The notes below the pieces were generated by a model. It saw only the letters and a program-made list of their open reading frames with translations, was not told where the DNA came from and made no database searches. From positions 86,204 through 150,203 of the forward strand of contig CAVRJG010000038.1 of assembly GCA_963721455.1 (NCBI GenBank): a stretch of 64,000 bases of DNA, in the 5' to 3' direction. Position numbers and translations under genes: made by a program. The stretch comes from an uncultured Methanosarcinaceae archaeon (GTDB lineage Archaea > Halobacteriota > Methanosarcinia > Methanosarcinales > Methanosarcinaceae). Shown here piece by piece: positions 9,517 to 21,098 of this stretch; positions within the stretch are counted from its first letter, which is position 1, and the number at the start of each line of letters is the position of its first letter.

Positions 9517-11400
9517 TCATCTCCCTGATTCCAGGCCCAGTGCCTTTCTTTTCCCGTCAATATGCTCAAGCATAAGATCTGCAGCTTTGAAGGGATCAGG
9601 CTCAACCGCAAAGCTTGCTCCGACTACGCTGTTTAAGTCTTTTGTCAGAAGGGCCGTAACTGCCCGGCTTCCCAGGACAGGCGGAACAGTTCCGAGCACT
9701 GTAAACACGCCTGAGGAAACCACATAAGCCCCGATACTGACTGCTTTTTCACTCATCCATTCCGGAGCGGCTCCTGCTGCCGGGAGGTCGCTTATGTCCA
9801 CACCCAGGCGGTTTGCAAGCGCTGACGAAAGCAGAAGGATGCGGCTGATATCTACGCAGGAACCCATGTGCAGGACCGGGGGTATGCCTAGAGCTTTACA
9901 GACTGTTTTTAGCCCGTCGCCCGCAAGTTCGGAAGCTTCCGGCAAAAGCAGCCCTGCTTCGGCACAGGCAATCGCATTGCAGCCGGTTGTGACCACAAGC
10001 ACATTGTTTTTGATCAGTTCTTTAACAAGGTTGACATGCCCGTAGTTATGCGTTACTTTTATGTTATTGCAGCCGACAACGGCACCTATTCCCCGAACTG
10101 CCCCGCTTTTTATCGCCTCAATGAGAGGGTCAGGGCTTCCGCCAAGTGCACTGAGGATAGCTTCGACACTGAAACCGACCATGCACTCCTGCTTTTCTTC
10201 CGGGATATTTACTTTCTCCGGAATCCTGTTAGGAAAGTTTTCGACGGCTGCCCTAACAATTTCTTTTGCGGTTTCATAAGCCCTATCTTCATGGAATTCC
10301 ATTCTCACAGTATTGGGAAAATCGGCTTTTGGGGATGTGGATATAAACTTTGTGTGATAGCAACCGGTAAGTTCTCCAAGAGACGGCATGACGCACTGGA
10401 CATCCACAACCATAGCTTCCACAGCTCCTGTAATTACTGCCAGTTCCTGCTGGAGGAAGTTTCCTGCTATGGGGGTCCCGTGCCGCATCAGGGTCTCGTT
10501 GCCAGTACAGCAGATCCCGGCAATATTTATTCCGATTGCACCCTTTTCCTGTGCAAGTTTAAGAAGCTCGGGATCTTCTGCAGCTTCCACGATCATTTCT
10601 GAGAGAATAGGTTCATGCCCGTGGACGATTACGTTTACCTTCTCCCTGGAAAGTACCCCCAGATTAACAGTGCTTCTTCTCGGCTGTGGGGTTCCGAAGA
10701 GTATGTCCTGGACATCTGTGGCAATCATCGAGCCTCCCCAGCCGTCCGAAAGCCCTGTGCGCAGTCCCTGCAGCAGGATATGGGTCGCATTGTTGTCCAC
10801 ACCCATATGGGTCCTGTGCATGCATTCTACGATTTCCCGGTCAATTCCCCTGGGCTCTATTCCAAGCTCGGTCCAGAGTTTGAGCCTTGGTCCGGGAGCC
10901 CGCCTGGTGCACAGGAGATGTCCTTCCTGTTTTCCAAATTCAAGAAGCAGTGCATCGGCTAGTTCGGCTGCCACTTCCTGGTGACTTTTTCCTTCTGCGG
11001 GAATCCCGTATTCCGATGCAAGGGATAACAGTTTCGTTTCGTCTCTTATCCTGTAACTCCCAGCTTCCCCTTCACTCATTTTCTTGAAGGTCAGCACTGC
11101 ATCTCTTGCATGATCGGAGTGAGCTGCTGCACCTGCGGCAATCGTCCTCAGGAGATTTCTTGCAACTATAATGTCTGCAGTAGCGCCACATATCCCCCTG
11201 TCAGCCCCTTCTCCGAAGGGATCTATCCTGCAGGGACCCATATTGCAATTCCGGCAGCAAACTCCTAGCTGCCCGAAACTGCATTGAGGCAGTTGTTTCT
11301 CATACCTGTCCCAGACGGTTTCAATGCCTTCTTCTTCGGCCTTCTGGAGCATTTTCTGGCTTGCAAGGTCAATGCTTTTCTCATATATTTCCGGTTTCAT
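9517..11400 (-). CDS. cooS: Anaerobic Ni,Fe carbon-monoxide dehydrogenase catalytic subunit
   Basis: CRNCNMGPC, ICG, HGHEP, GICCTG, DVQC, GCNN, TTGC, GSCVD and SEKA motifs intact. Confidence 0.95.
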   Translation of the reverse strand: MKPEIYEKSIDLASQKMLQKAEEEGIETVWDRYEKQLPQCSFGQLGVCCRNCNMGPCRIDPFGEGADRGICGATADIIVARNLLRTIAAGAAAHSDHARDAVLTFKKMSEGEAGSYRIRDETKLLSLASEYGIPAEGKSHQEVAAELADALLLEFGKQEGHLLCTRRAPGPRLKLWTELGIEPRGIDREIVECMHRTHMGVDNNATHILLQGLRTGLSDGWGGSMIATDVQDILFGTPQPRRSTVNLGVLSREKVNVIVHGHEPILSEMIVEAAEDPELLKLAQEKGAIGINIAGICCTGNETLMRHGTPIAGNFLQQELAVITGAVEAMVVDVQCVMPSLGELTGCYHTKFISTSPKADFPNTVRMEFHEDRAYETAKEIVRAAVENFPNRIPEKVNIPEEKQECMVGFSVEAILSALGGSPDPLIEAIKSGAVRGIGAVVGCNNIKVTHNYGHVNLVKELIKNNVLVVTTGCNAIACAEAGLLLPEASELAGDGLKTVCKALGIPPVLHMGSCVDISRILLLSSALANRLGVDISDLPAAGAAPEWMSEKAVSIGAYVVSSGVFTVLGTVPPVLGSRAVTALLTKDLNSVVGASFAVEPDPFKAADLMLEHIDGKRKALGLESGR

Positions 11401-11765
11401 CTCATATCCCTCAATTTTTTTCTATTCCTTCTGGAACCATCTGAAATTTCGGTTCAAGCTCCCTGATTTGAAGAATGAATCCTGAAACCCGTGATCCTGA
11501 AGTAATTTTACCTGGCTGATTTTTAGTTCTTGATTTCCAGCCCTTCTAATCTTAAAATTGGCGAATCTCGAAAAAATCTTCAGAATTATCAGATTTTATT
11601 ATTTTATAAACTTTTTTAAAAAAGCTCCGGTTAAATTCAGAGCTTATTAAGTGATCAATAACTAAACTTTCTTGACACTAGTTCACTCTTTCTGTGTTTA
11701 TTCCTCTCCCATTTTTTCTAAACTCGATGTAATCTCTCTCGACTTCATCGAGTTAGTATTCCATT

Positions 11766-12128
11766 TTATACCTCATTTTGTGGTTTCGTTATTTTCAAGT
11801 TGTGTTCTATTAAGTTGTGTTTCTTCGCTTCAATAAGTCTGACCGTAGCTCTTACCTTTCTTTCGATATCTTTTCTTTCGGCTGCCATTTTACTCTCCCC
11901 TTTTTCCAGAGTAAGGGGGTCTGGCGCAGGTTTCAGGACAACAGGTACTGATGTCGCACTTTCTTCTTCAGCCTGCACGGTCCCGGCCACTCCGCTGACA
12001 TCTGAGCTTACGGTTTCGCTTTCAAGCTCTGCTGAGATTGCTGGTGTTTCATCACGGATTCCACTGGTAAGGATTCCCAGAAAGAACGCAACTGCAAGTA
12101 TAATACAGGCAATTTTTATTAAATCCAT
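11766..12128 (-). CDS. Hypothetical secreted/membrane-anchored protein, possibly truncated
   Basis: N-terminal hydrophobic signal-like segment; C-terminal ~18 aa look low-information. Confidence 0.5.
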   Translation of the reverse strand: MDLIKIACIILAVAFFLGILTSGIRDETPAISAELESETVSSDVSGVAGTVQAEEESATSVPVVLKPAPDPLTLEKGESKMAAERKDIERKVRATVRLIEAKKHNLIEHNLKITKPQNEV

Positions 12129-12749
12129 AAATTTCCCTGCTGTTCTGGCTTAAAGTTTCCATGTTTTTAAAGGACACTAACATATATTCTTAAATAATTT
12201 CTCTGAATAATTATCTGAAGTATGATTTGATTTTTTCATTTTGATTACGTGTGAACTACTTAAGGAGTAGTTCACTTACTAAATAAGAAGCATTTATTTA
12301 CTAAAACTTTGAATTATTTTCAGTTCAATTTTCAGTTCAATTTTCAGTTCAATTTCTTGCTGCTCCGGGCCTTCCTGATAACGTGAGATTCTTAAAAATT
12401 GCTAGGGATAGAATGATGTCTGACCACTATAACCTTGTCTCCTGGAATGTAAACGGCCTTCGGGCAGTCGTAAAAAAAGGCTTTCTTGATCTCTTACTTG
12501 AACTATAAGTTTGATGTTATCTGCATCCAGGAAACTAAAGCATCCAGTGACAAACTTCCGAGAGAGGTCAAAAATATTCCTGGTTATTATACTTATTTTG
12601 TGTCAGCAGAGCAGAATGGTTACAGTGGAGTGGGAGTTTTTTCAAAGAAAAAACCGTTGAATGTTGAAACAGGCATGGGAATAGAGAAATTTGACAGAGA
12701 AGGACGCTTCCTCAGAGTCGATTACGATGATTTTATTCTAATGAATATT

Positions 12750-14194
12750 CATGCGTCATCGGTTAAGCGTTAGGCAATCACTTCTGTATGCGTTTTTATA
12801 ATAATAATCTGAATATTAATGCATATATGTCTCCTCCTCCCCCACCGACTCTTGAAGACTCTCTTCGGGAAATGTTTCCCGAAGAGTGGTTAAGACAAAC
12901 TGCTAAAGAAACTGGTCTTATAGTACGTGAACGTAAAATTGACCCTGTCATCATCTTTTGGGTTTTAACTCTCAGTTTTGGTGTACGTTTGCAGCGTACA
13001 CTTGCCAGTTTGAAAAGAGAATATGAAAAAGAAGCAAATCACACCCTAAGCGACAGCAGCTGGTACTATAGATTCACTCCAGAACTTGTGGAGTTTCTTC
13101 ATCAGTGTGTTATTCATGGCATAGAAGAACTTGCAAAAGAACCTGGTAGAAAACTTAGTAAAAAACTCGAAAATTTCCAGGATGTTCTAATTCAGGACAG
13201 CACAATCGTTCGTCTTCACTCCTCTTTAGCAGACAAGTTTCCGGCAGCAAGAGCAAGAAATGTAGCTGCTGGAATAAAAGTGGGAGTTATGGTAAGTGCA
13301 GTTGCTAATGGACCTAAAACCGTTGCTTTGTACTCTGAAAAAACAGCTGAGATAAAAACATTGAAAATAGGTCCCTGGATCAAGGACCGTATTCTTCTTG
13401 TTGATCTTGGTTTTTACAAAAATCAAATGTTTTCAAGAGTTGGGGAATACGGGGGATATTTTGTCTCAAGGATTAAGAAGAATATGGATCCTATTCTTGT
13501 TTCTGTTGAAGAGGGACTTTCTAAGACAAAAAGCAAAGAGTTCGCCGGAAAACCTGTTAGTGAGTGTATTAAACAACTTTCCGGAAAAGATCTTGATGCT
13601 GTTGTGAAGATAAAGTTTAAAAGAAGAGTATATAATGGCAAGCAAAAACAGGATGAGATGAAAGTACGTCTTGTTGCGGTATACAATGATGATGACGAAA
13701 AGCACCACATATATATCACAAATATTCCGAAAGATGTTTTGAATGCAAAAGACATTGCAAAATTATATGGGGCAAGATGGGATATAGAGCTACTTTTCAA
13801 GGAATTAAAAAGCAAATACGCGCTTGACGTTCTGGATACAAAGAATGAACAGGTAATTGAAGCTCTAATCTGGACAGCAATGTTGACATTAATCATTAGC
13901 AGAAGAATTTATTCTCTTGTAAAGAGCAATACTGCTCATCCTGAGAAAATGGTTCGATATACTCAAGAGAGATGGAGCATAATATTTGCTGAAAACGCAT
14001 CAAATTTATTGACAGTGATTCTACATAGATGTGGAATTGAAAGAACTTTTGAAACGATAATGAGTGTATACGAAAGTCAAGCATTGGATCCACATGTAAA
14101 CAGAGAAAGGTTCAGAGAAGAATGGTTTGAATGAAACGGTGAAATGAAAAACACTATTGAAAGAAGGAAGTAAGTTCTTAACCGATGACCAATG
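12750..14194 (+). mobile_element. IS4-family (ISH8-type) insertion sequence
   Basis: TIRs CATGCGTCATCGGTTAAG / CTTAACCGATGACCAATG (16/18); exact 10-bp TSD AATGAATATT at 12740-12749 and 14195-14204. Confidence 0.95.
12788..14134 (+). CDS. IS4-family DDE transposase
   Basis: IQDST, LVDLGF and YGARWDIELLFKELK (YREK signature); intact 448-aa ORF. Confidence 0.93.
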   Translation: MRFYNNNLNINAYMSPPPPPTLEDSLREMFPEEWLRQTAKETGLIVRERKIDPVIIFWVLTLSFGVRLQRTLASLKREYEKEANHTLSDSSWYYRFTPELVEFLHQCVIHGIEELAKEPGRKLSKKLENFQDVLIQDSTIVRLHSSLADKFPAARARNVAAGIKVGVMVSAVANGPKTVALYSEKTAEIKTLKIGPWIKDRILLVDLGFYKNQMFSRVGEYGGYFVSRIKKNMDPILVSVEEGLSKTKSKEFAGKPVSECIKQLSGKDLDAVVKIKFKRRVYNGKQKQDEMKVRLVAVYNDDDEKHHIYITNIPKDVLNAKDIAKLYGARWDIELLFKELKSKYALDVLDTKNEQVIEALIWTAMLTLIISRRIYSLVKSNTAHPEKMVRYTQERWSIIFAENASNLLTVILHRCGIERTFETIMSVYESQALDPHVNRERFREEWFE

Positions 14195-15039
14195 AATGAA
14201 TATTTACTTCCCTAACGGCAAAGCCTCTCAGGAGCGCCTGGGATATAAAATGGACTTTTACGACGCCTTTTTCGACTACGCAAACGCCCTCCGAGCCGAA
14301 GGAAAAAAGCTTGTCATCTGCGGGGACGTGAACACTGCCCATAAGGAAATCGACCTCGCCCGCCCCAGAGAAAATGAGACTATCTCAGGTTATCTCCCGG
14401 AAGAAAGAGCCTGGATGGACAGGTTCCTTGCTGCCGGATATATTGACACTTTCCGTATGTTCAACAGTGAAGCCGGCAACTATTCCTGGTGGTCAATGAG
14501 GACCCGGGCTCGCGAAAGAAACGTTGGCTGGCGGCTGGATTACTTCTTCGTCAGTGAAAACCTTCGAGATAACGTGAAATCTGCCCCGATTTACCCCGAA
14601 ATTACAGGCTCTGATCACTGCCCTGTAGGGCTTGAACTTGAATTTTAGGTCTGACGGTTACTTAAAGGCGTTATTCTTTTTGAAAAATCGATAAGTCCGC
14701 TTGAGCGAGCGAAGTGAGTGAAACGGACAGCGTACTGCAGAGTCGCAACTCTGCTGTGAATGAAGAGTTTTAAGCCTTGCAGTCTCAATTAAATCCTGAA
14801 AATCTTTTCTTTTATGCAACCATTTCTTCTGTAAAGGCTTTCTGCATAAGGGCGTCGAAACGATAGCAGGAAAAATGTTATTTTCTTGAAGACATCTGCG
14901 GAAGGTCGGGTATTAAGGCGGCTATGCGGCCTTTATTCCAATAATCGTGCCAGTAGTATCCTGTTTTCTTAGTCACTCCAACTTTAATAGCAGCTTCTTC
15001 GACAGAGTCTCCCAAATATCTAAATTTAACAAAATAGAG

Positions 15040-15316
15040 CCTACTTTCGGCAGGTCGACATTAAAAATTAGAATATTTTTCTTGATGCCGTTTTTGAACA
15101 TTCACTAACTATAGATTAGGTTTAAAGCTGGTTAACAGGTGGCTCAACTCCCACAGCATATATAAATACTAAATCATTTTTTCATTAAAGTTTAGTATGA
15201 GAAATTAATAATTGGTCATATGTAAACCTATCAATTACACACAAGTAAGGAGCATTATTTCAAAATCGCCATCAGTAAAATTATCAAAAATTAAACGTCG
15301 ACCTGCCGAAAGTAGG
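15040..15316. mobile_element. 277-bp MITE (IS1634-like ends, family tentative)
   Basis: Perfect 20-bp TIR CCTACTTTCGGCAGGTCGAC; 6-bp TSD ATAGAG at 15034-15039 and 15317-15322; no internal ORF in the track. Confidence 0.9.
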
Positions 15317-15814
15317 ATAGAGCCTTTTCAGTACTCTTGAATTGTTTTCGTGTTTGATTAAAACGTTGATCTCAGCGAGAGTTACATTTCGATCAATAGG
15401 AATTTGTTCCTTCCCCACCATAAAAGAATATAAGCGTTAATACGTGTAATAAGTTGCGTTGGGAACTATAGTTACAGGTTAAAAGATTTAATAAAATCAG
15501 TTAAAGGATTAAGAATATTCAACTTTGATTAATTATATGATTCACCTGGATTCATAAAAAAATAAGTGTAGTTGCTAACTCGCAAGGAAATAAAATCACA
15601 TAGACATCTTTTCAAGAAAAAAGGACTTCCCCAAATTTGTCCTTAATGTCTGAAAAGATGGCTATAAACATTATTTTTGTTGCTTTCATACCGAATTATT
15701 AAATTTATATTATTTTTTCCAAAAACCTCAGAGCTTGGTTCACTCTACAGATGCATATTTGGGGATTTTTTGTTTTTCTGCAATCCAATCATCCTGAAGA
15801 AGAGTCTCTCGCCT

Positions 15815-16456
15815 TCAAATCCCTAACATTTCGATTAATTCTTTCGCCCACTTCAGCTTCTTTTTCTTAACTAGGTTCACTCTCGAATCATCACAATCAA
15901 ATCCAGCAAGTCTGACGCTCTTAGCCCGGAACTCCTTTGCAACAAAAACGCATCGGTCTCCGTCACTAAATCCTCCAAAATTGTAGACCTTATCAAAGGG
16001 CTTTGCCTGGGTAGTTGCAATAAAACTTTTGAAACGCGGCACGTATTTTTCTAGCTTATCAATGTTGTCCCCGTGAGCGTGAATCAGGACTATTGAGCCC
16101 TGTTCGCAGGCAAGGATCTCTTTTTCAATGTCAGCGTCGGAATTGCCGTCGAGGTCGGTACAGATGACTTCAGGCACTATGCCCATATCCATGAGGACCG
16201 CGGCTGCTCCGTCGGCTGCAATTACCGTAAAGGCAGAAAAATCGATTTCCGAAAGGTCGTTCCTGAGTTTTGGAGCATTTCCGCATACCAGGACACACTT
16301 TCCGGAAATTACGGTTTTAAGTTCGGACAGGCTGATAGTGTTTTTCTCTGTCAGCATATGGGAAAGGAACAAAGCTGCCTCTTCATCACCTGCGCGGTCG
16401 AATCCGAAATCTTCAAGGATTCGTTCGTAAATCGGCTCCCATGCAGCAAAATCCAT
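15815..16456 (-). CDS. mptE: 6-hydroxymethyl-7,8-dihydropterin pyrophosphokinase (MptE/DUF115)
   Basis: IAADGA, TDLDG, HAHGDN, GGFSDGDR and LAGFD motifs. Confidence 0.85.
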   Translation of the reverse strand: MDFAAWEPIYERILEDFGFDRAGDEEAALFLSHMLTEKNTISLSELKTVISGKCVLVCGNAPKLRNDLSEIDFSAFTVIAADGAAAVLMDMGIVPEVICTDLDGNSDADIEKEILACEQGSIVLIHAHGDNIDKLEKYVPRFKSFIATTQAKPFDKVYNFGGFSDGDRCVFVAKEFRAKSVRLAGFDCDDSRVNLVKKKKLKWAKELIEMLGI

Positions 16457-16541
16457 ATGAATCACTTCCTTTCCTATTTTTCAATTTTAAGCTTCTATTT
16501 TCTTATTAAGTTACTTTTTAGAGCTTATTTCTCATTGGAGT

Positions 16542-19500
16542 TTATTTCTTTGCGATGCCAATCTTCATGGCAATGCCTTCAACATCCCAGTCCTTTACAA
16601 GGGCTCCGGAAACATCGATATCACTGCCGAGGTCAAAGGTACCGGCTCTTACCTCTTCTGCGATAAGGTCCTTCAGGGTTTCAACGAGCTTCAAGACCCT
16701 TTCGTCTTCGATCCGGACAGAAGCGCGGATATTTTCGTCCACCACAAGGTCAAGTTCCTTTCGCATGTCCTGAAGCCTGCGAATTACTTCCCTTGAATAC
16801 CCTTCGGCTTCCAGTTCAGGAGTCAGGTTTGCATCCACATAGACAAGGCCTGCGTCGGATTCTGCGCTTGCCGTACCTTCCGGCAGGGTTTCTTTGAAAT
16901 TTGCCATGCCTGGAGTTACTGTAACAGTTGTCCCGTCTGCAAGGGAGAGTACAAACTCGCTGGAGTCTGCAAAGGCCTTTTTCAGGGCAATGCCGTCAAC
17001 TTTCTTCAGGGCAGGGATAACGTTTCCTGCTTCCTTCTTGAAGACAGGGCCTATTTTTCCCGCGTCAGGGATTACTTCAAGCCCGAGTTCGTCCCAGCTC
17101 TTACCTGCGCCTGTCAGGACAATCGCCTTTGAATTGGTCTGGTCCATAAGGACTGAGCGTAGCCTCTCGACAGCCTTCGCCACATCCTCATTTTCAGGAG
17201 TGACAATTATTCTGGATATGGGCCATCTGAGCTTTCTTCCTGCTTTCTGACGGGCGTTTGAGGCGGCTTCCACGATGGAGCGGACAGTATCCATGGCTGC
17301 TTCAAGCTCAGGGTCTAGGTAAGCATTATTGACCCTGGGCCAGTCGCACATATGGACCGAATCAGCCGCATTCGGGTCTACGTTTCGGATCAGGTTCTGG
17401 TACATCTCTTCAGCCAGGTAGGGCATGAAAGGAGAGATCAGTTTTGTGAGGGTCACGTAGACCTCGTAAAGCACGCAATAAGCTGCAAGCTTGTCAGGGT
17501 CGTCAGCTTCGGTCCAGGTTCTCGGGCGGATAAGCTGGATATACCAGCGGGAGAGGTCTTCAAGCGTAAACTCCAGGATCTCGCGGACTGCTTTATGCAG
17601 CAGGTACCCGCTCATTGCTTCGTCTACGGCTTTGACAACGGATTGGGCTCTTGAGAGAATCCACCTGTCTTCCTCACGGAGGGCGTCTTTTACCGAATCC
17701 AGGCTAACCTTCATCGGGTCAAAATTGTCGAGCGCCATATAGGGCAGCGGGAACCTGAAGACGTTCCAGAGGATATTGATTGAGCGGTGGACGGTTTCAA
17801 CTTCTTCCAGGTTGAATTTCAGGTCTTCCCAGGGCGCGCTTGAGGAAAGCACATAGGCACGCAGGGTATCGGCCCCGAACCTGTCTATAATATCAAGAGG
17901 GGAAACCACGTTTCCAAGGCTCTTGGACATCTTCTTTCCACCTGCGTCAAGAGTAAAGCCGTGCATGAGCACACTCTTATAAGGAGCCCGGCCGAAGCCG
18001 ACCATGCTTGCCCCGAGCTGCGAATAGAACCAGCCGCGAGTCTGATCGTGCCCCTCGGTAATGAAATCAGCTGGCCACCATTCATCGAACTGTTCCCTGG
18101 TCTGCGGGAATTTCAGGGTTGCCCAGGAAGCGACAGCCGAATCAAACCAGACATCAAAAACGTCTTCAACACGCTTTTTCTCTCCGCCGCACTCGCATGG
18201 GATCATGACTTTGTCTACATAGGGACGGTGAAGTTCGATATCGCTGCTTGCTCCGGATTTTTCCAGCATTTCGGCTTTTGTCCCTATTACCTCAAGCTTT
18301 CCGCACTTCTTGCACTTCCAGACCGGAATCGGGATCCCCCAGTAGCGCTGCCTGGAAATGCACCAGTCCCGAGCGCCTTCGACCCAGGTTCTGAATCTGG
18401 CTGAACCTGCCCACTCAGGGTACCAGTCCACGGCATCGATTTCCTCAAGCATTTTAGCCTTTATCTCGGTAATTTTAAGGAACCACTGTTCGGTTGCAAG
18501 GTAGATGATAGGAGTTTTGCAGCGCCAGCAGTGCCCGTACCTGTGCGTGACAGTCCCTTCTGCAAGAAGCCTGTTGCGTTCCCTGAGGTCTTCAATGACA
18601 ATAGGGTTTGCTTCCCTGACGTTCTTGCCCTCGTATTCCCCGGCTTCGTCAGTATAGGAACCGTTCGGGCCCACAGGGCAAAGAATCGGAAGTTTATACT
18701 TCACACCAAGGTTAAAGTCGTCCGTACCGTGCCCTGGTGCGATGTGTACACAGCCCGTATTTTCTACGGTTACGAAATCTGCAAGGTAAACGCCGTGCTT
18801 TATACTGTTCTGCACAGGCACTAAATCCCCTACAGGGCTTTCATACTCAAGCTTTGTAAGGTCTTCCCCGAGCATTGTCTCAAGCACTTCATGGTCAACA
18901 TACCTGCCCTGTTTGAGGACATTTTTGATCAGGTCTGTGGCTGCAATGAGGATTTCTTCCGAGCCATCCTGCCTGATTGCCCTGAATTTCGAGTATTCGA
19001 AACCCGGATGTACAGCTACAGCCACGTTTGCAGGAATTGTCCAGGGGGTTGTTGTCCAGATCACGATGAAGGTATTTTCTTCACCTTTGACCTTAAACTT
19101 TACATAGATCGAAGGATCAATCCGCTCGGCATATTCAACTTCGGAATCTGCAATTGCAGTCTCACAGCGCGGGCACCAGTTAACTGAACGCTTGCCCACA
19201 TCCAGGAGGTTTTTCTCTTGAGCTTGCTTGAGGGTCCACCAGGCAGCTTCGATATAGTCGTCTTTTAAGGTCATGTAGGGGTCTGACCACTGCAGCCAGA
19301 CTCCAAGCCTCTGAAACTGCTCGGTCATTGCCTGTTTCTGGGTGATGGCAAATTCCTTACACTTTTCAATAAAGTTCTCTACCCCAAAGCTCTCAATATC
19401 CTTCTTGGACTTGAAGCCGAGCAAACCTTCGACCTTGACCTCGATCGGCAGTCCGTGCATATCCCAGCCCGGGCGTTCGAGGATGTTGCGGTTATTCATG

Positions 19501-19718
19501 GAGTAATAGCGGAGAATGGAATCTTTGATGATCTTGTTCCAGGCAGTTCCCAGATGGATGTGTCCGGTCGTATACGGGGGTCCGTCAACAAAAAAAAGCC
19601 TTTTTCCGGTCTTGCGGTGCTCCCGAGTTTTTCGATAAGCATCGCTGTCTTCCCAGAACTGCGTTACTTTTTTCTCAATTTGTTCTGCATCGTACTTGGC
19701 AGTGATTTCTTTTATCAT
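16542..19718 (-). CDS. ileS: Isoleucine--tRNA ligase
   Basis: DGPPY, HIGH-like [44 protein letters not shown]. Confidence 0.97.
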   Translation of the reverse strand: MIKEITAKYDAEQIEKKVTQFWEDSDAYRKTREHRKTGKRLFFVDGPPYTTGHIHLGTAWNKIIKDSILRYYSMNNRNILERPGWDMHGLPIEVKVEGLLGFKSKKDIESFGVENFIEKCKEFAITQKQAMTEQFQRLGVWLQWSDPYMTLKDDYIEAAWWTLKQAQEKNLLDVGKRSVNWCPRCETAIADSEVEYAERIDPSIYVKFKVKGEENTFIVIWTTTPWTIPANVAVAVHPGFEYSKFRAIRQDGSEEILIAATDLIKNVLKQGRYVDHEVLETMLGEDLTKLEYESPVGDLVPVQNSIKHGVYLADFVTVENTGCVHIAPGHGTDDFNLGVKYKLPILCPVGPNGSYTDEAGEYEGKNVREANPIVIEDLRERNRLLAEGTVTHRYGHCWRCKTPIIYLATEQWFLKITEIKAKMLEEIDAVDWYPEWAGSARFRTWVEGARDWCISRQRYWGIPIPVWKCKKCGKLEVIGTKAEMLEKSGASSDIELHRPYVDKVMIPCECGGEKKRVEDVFDVWFDSAVASWATLKFPQTREQFDEWWPADFITEGHDQTRGWFYSQLGASMVGFGRAPYKSVLMHGFTLDAGGKKMSKSLGNVVSPLDIIDRFGADTLRAYVLSSSAPWEDLKFNLEEVETVHRSINILWNVFRFPLPYMALDNFDPMKVSLDSVKDALREEDRWILSRAQSVVKAVDEAMSGYLLHKAVREILEFTLEDLSRWYIQLIRPRTWTEADDPDKLAAYCVLYEVYVTLTKLISPFMPYLAEEMYQNLIRNVDPNAADSVHMCDWPRVNNAYLDPELEAAMDTVRSIVEAASNARQKAGRKLRWPISRIIVTPENEDVAKAVERLRSVLMDQTNSKAIVLTGAGKSWDELGLEVIPDAGKIGPVFKKEAGNVIPALKKVDGIALKKAFADSSEFVLSLADGTTVTVTPGMANFKETLPEGTASAESDAGLVYVDANLTPELEAEGYSREVIRRLQDMRKELDLVVDENIRASVRIEDERVLKLVETLKDLIAEEVRAGTFDLGSDIDVSGALVKDWDVEGIAMKIGIAKK

Positions 19719-20160
19719 ATGGGGCTCTCCCTGATGAAGGATTAGCTAAAGTGAAAATACAGCCAGTGCAGGTTCTATCCTGCATCTGCCCGGTAATTAC
19801 TGATAATAAACTGCTAACCAGTAAATAATTGACAAAATCTACTACCTTGACAAAATTTACTACCGGCCGCTTATATATATGAAATTTCAAACAAGTATCT
19901 GACGAACACAATACCCGTATCATGGAAGGCAAGCCTTTACCTGTCCGAAAGAGAAACGGATCTTCCGCACGCCAATCAATTTATCCAGTAATTACTGTAC
20001 TTAATTTAAGCTTTGTTATAACGAAGACAGAAAAACCATGCTTTTGTTTTTTTTCAGGTACCTTTTAACGTTGTTTCAAGGACTTATCAGAAATTCAAGA
20101 TAGCAAATCCTGTGAGGAAAACAAGAAAAATAAAAAATAGTCAATTCGATAAATTCTTTA

Positions 20161-20280
20161 ACCACCCGAATTGCGCCTCGCCCGAGTTTCGCTTCGGGAG
20201 CACGAGGTCCGTTTCACTCGCTCTGCTCGCTCAAGCGGACTAATTTACAAAATTACAGTTTTTCAGTTTTTTCCGTGGTT
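20161..20280. repeat. REP-like palindromic intergenic repeat
   Basis: Bounded by aaccac/gtggtt; internal gtccgtttcactcgctctgctcgctcaagcggact closely matches the reverse complement of 14694-14728. Confidence 0.75.
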
Positions 20281-20576
20281 TTATATTATCGAGTAAGTTT
20301 TTCGTACTGTCGGTATTTTCTATGGTTAGAAAATCTGGGTTTAGTTGAGTACATATATTTACGTTAGAAACACGGTTTAAAGCCTTAAAGCCCAGGTGGA
20401 TAATTGCAGTTTCGCAGCAGAAAAGATTCAAAGAACTAAAAAGGACCGGTTACTGCGGGAAAAAAGAGGAGAAGATTATCCCCTCGTTTGAAAGCTTAAC
20501 TGTAGAAACAATAGGTACAGAAGGGATTCGCGTCTTCAGCTTTCAGTTGGAGTAAATTTTTCGTTTTGTTTTGCTT

Positions 20577-20771
20577 TTACTTCAGGGTTCTCCAAATTGC
20601 AGCGATTTTCTCTATCTCTATATGGGTATAACCTTCTTCTTTTATGGTCCATTTAAGGCTGAGTACTCCATCATTGCACTCGGCGGCAACCCCTCTGTAT
20701 GTGGTATTTCCTCCAATATCTATTTCGACTTCTTTACCCAGATAATACTTTTCAATGAACTCCTGCTTCAT
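20577..20771 (-). CDS. Small hypothetical protein (possible Sm/SH3-like beta fold)
   Basis: GGAG RBS upstream; beta-strand-like pattern GKEVEIDIG...YRG...THIEIEKIAAIW. Confidence 0.65.
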   Translation of the reverse strand: MKQEFIEKYYLGKEVEIDIGGNTTYRGVAAECNDGVLSLKWTIKEEGYTHIEIEKIAAIWRTLK

Positions 20772-21098
20772 AATTTTCAACTCCCAATCTTTACTTTTCC
20801 GGATAAAATCCGTATAGGCAATTAACAGAATATAGTTAGTTTCAGGAACTATATTATATTTAAAAAAACAAGGCTTCTGAACACAGTTTCTTTATCCGGG
20901 ATTTAAAGGATGCCAGCTGTTAAAGTTTACTTTAAAGCTGGCTCGAATATTCAGAAAATCGGCTCGAACAAAGGTTCATAACCCTGAATCTCCCCCTTTT
21001 ATCTTCCCCTTTTTAGCTCAGAAATTTGGCTCACAGCCCTTAATCCTCCCTTTTTAGCTCAGAAATTTGATTCAAAGCCCTTATCTTCTCTTTTTATC

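Larger units (their letters stand above)
12413..14648 (+). pseudogene. xth: Exodeoxyribonuclease III, split by an IS and carrying a +1 frameshift
   Basis: SWNVNGLRA from ATG 12413 ends at TAA 12506; next frame gives DVICIQETK...EGR; C-terminal half 14196-14648 has NIYFPNG, GDVNTAH, RLDYF, SDHCP. Confidence 0.92.

Noticed and set aside
11675-11770. RBS plus ATG frame interrupted by TAA downstream of the 120-aa ORF
   Set aside because: Too short and degenerate to assign to a gene family
14646-14648. TAG stop as possible pyrrolysine read-through
   Set aside because: It falls at the normal ExoIII C-terminus; I noticed no in-frame TAG splitting a recognisable gene in the window
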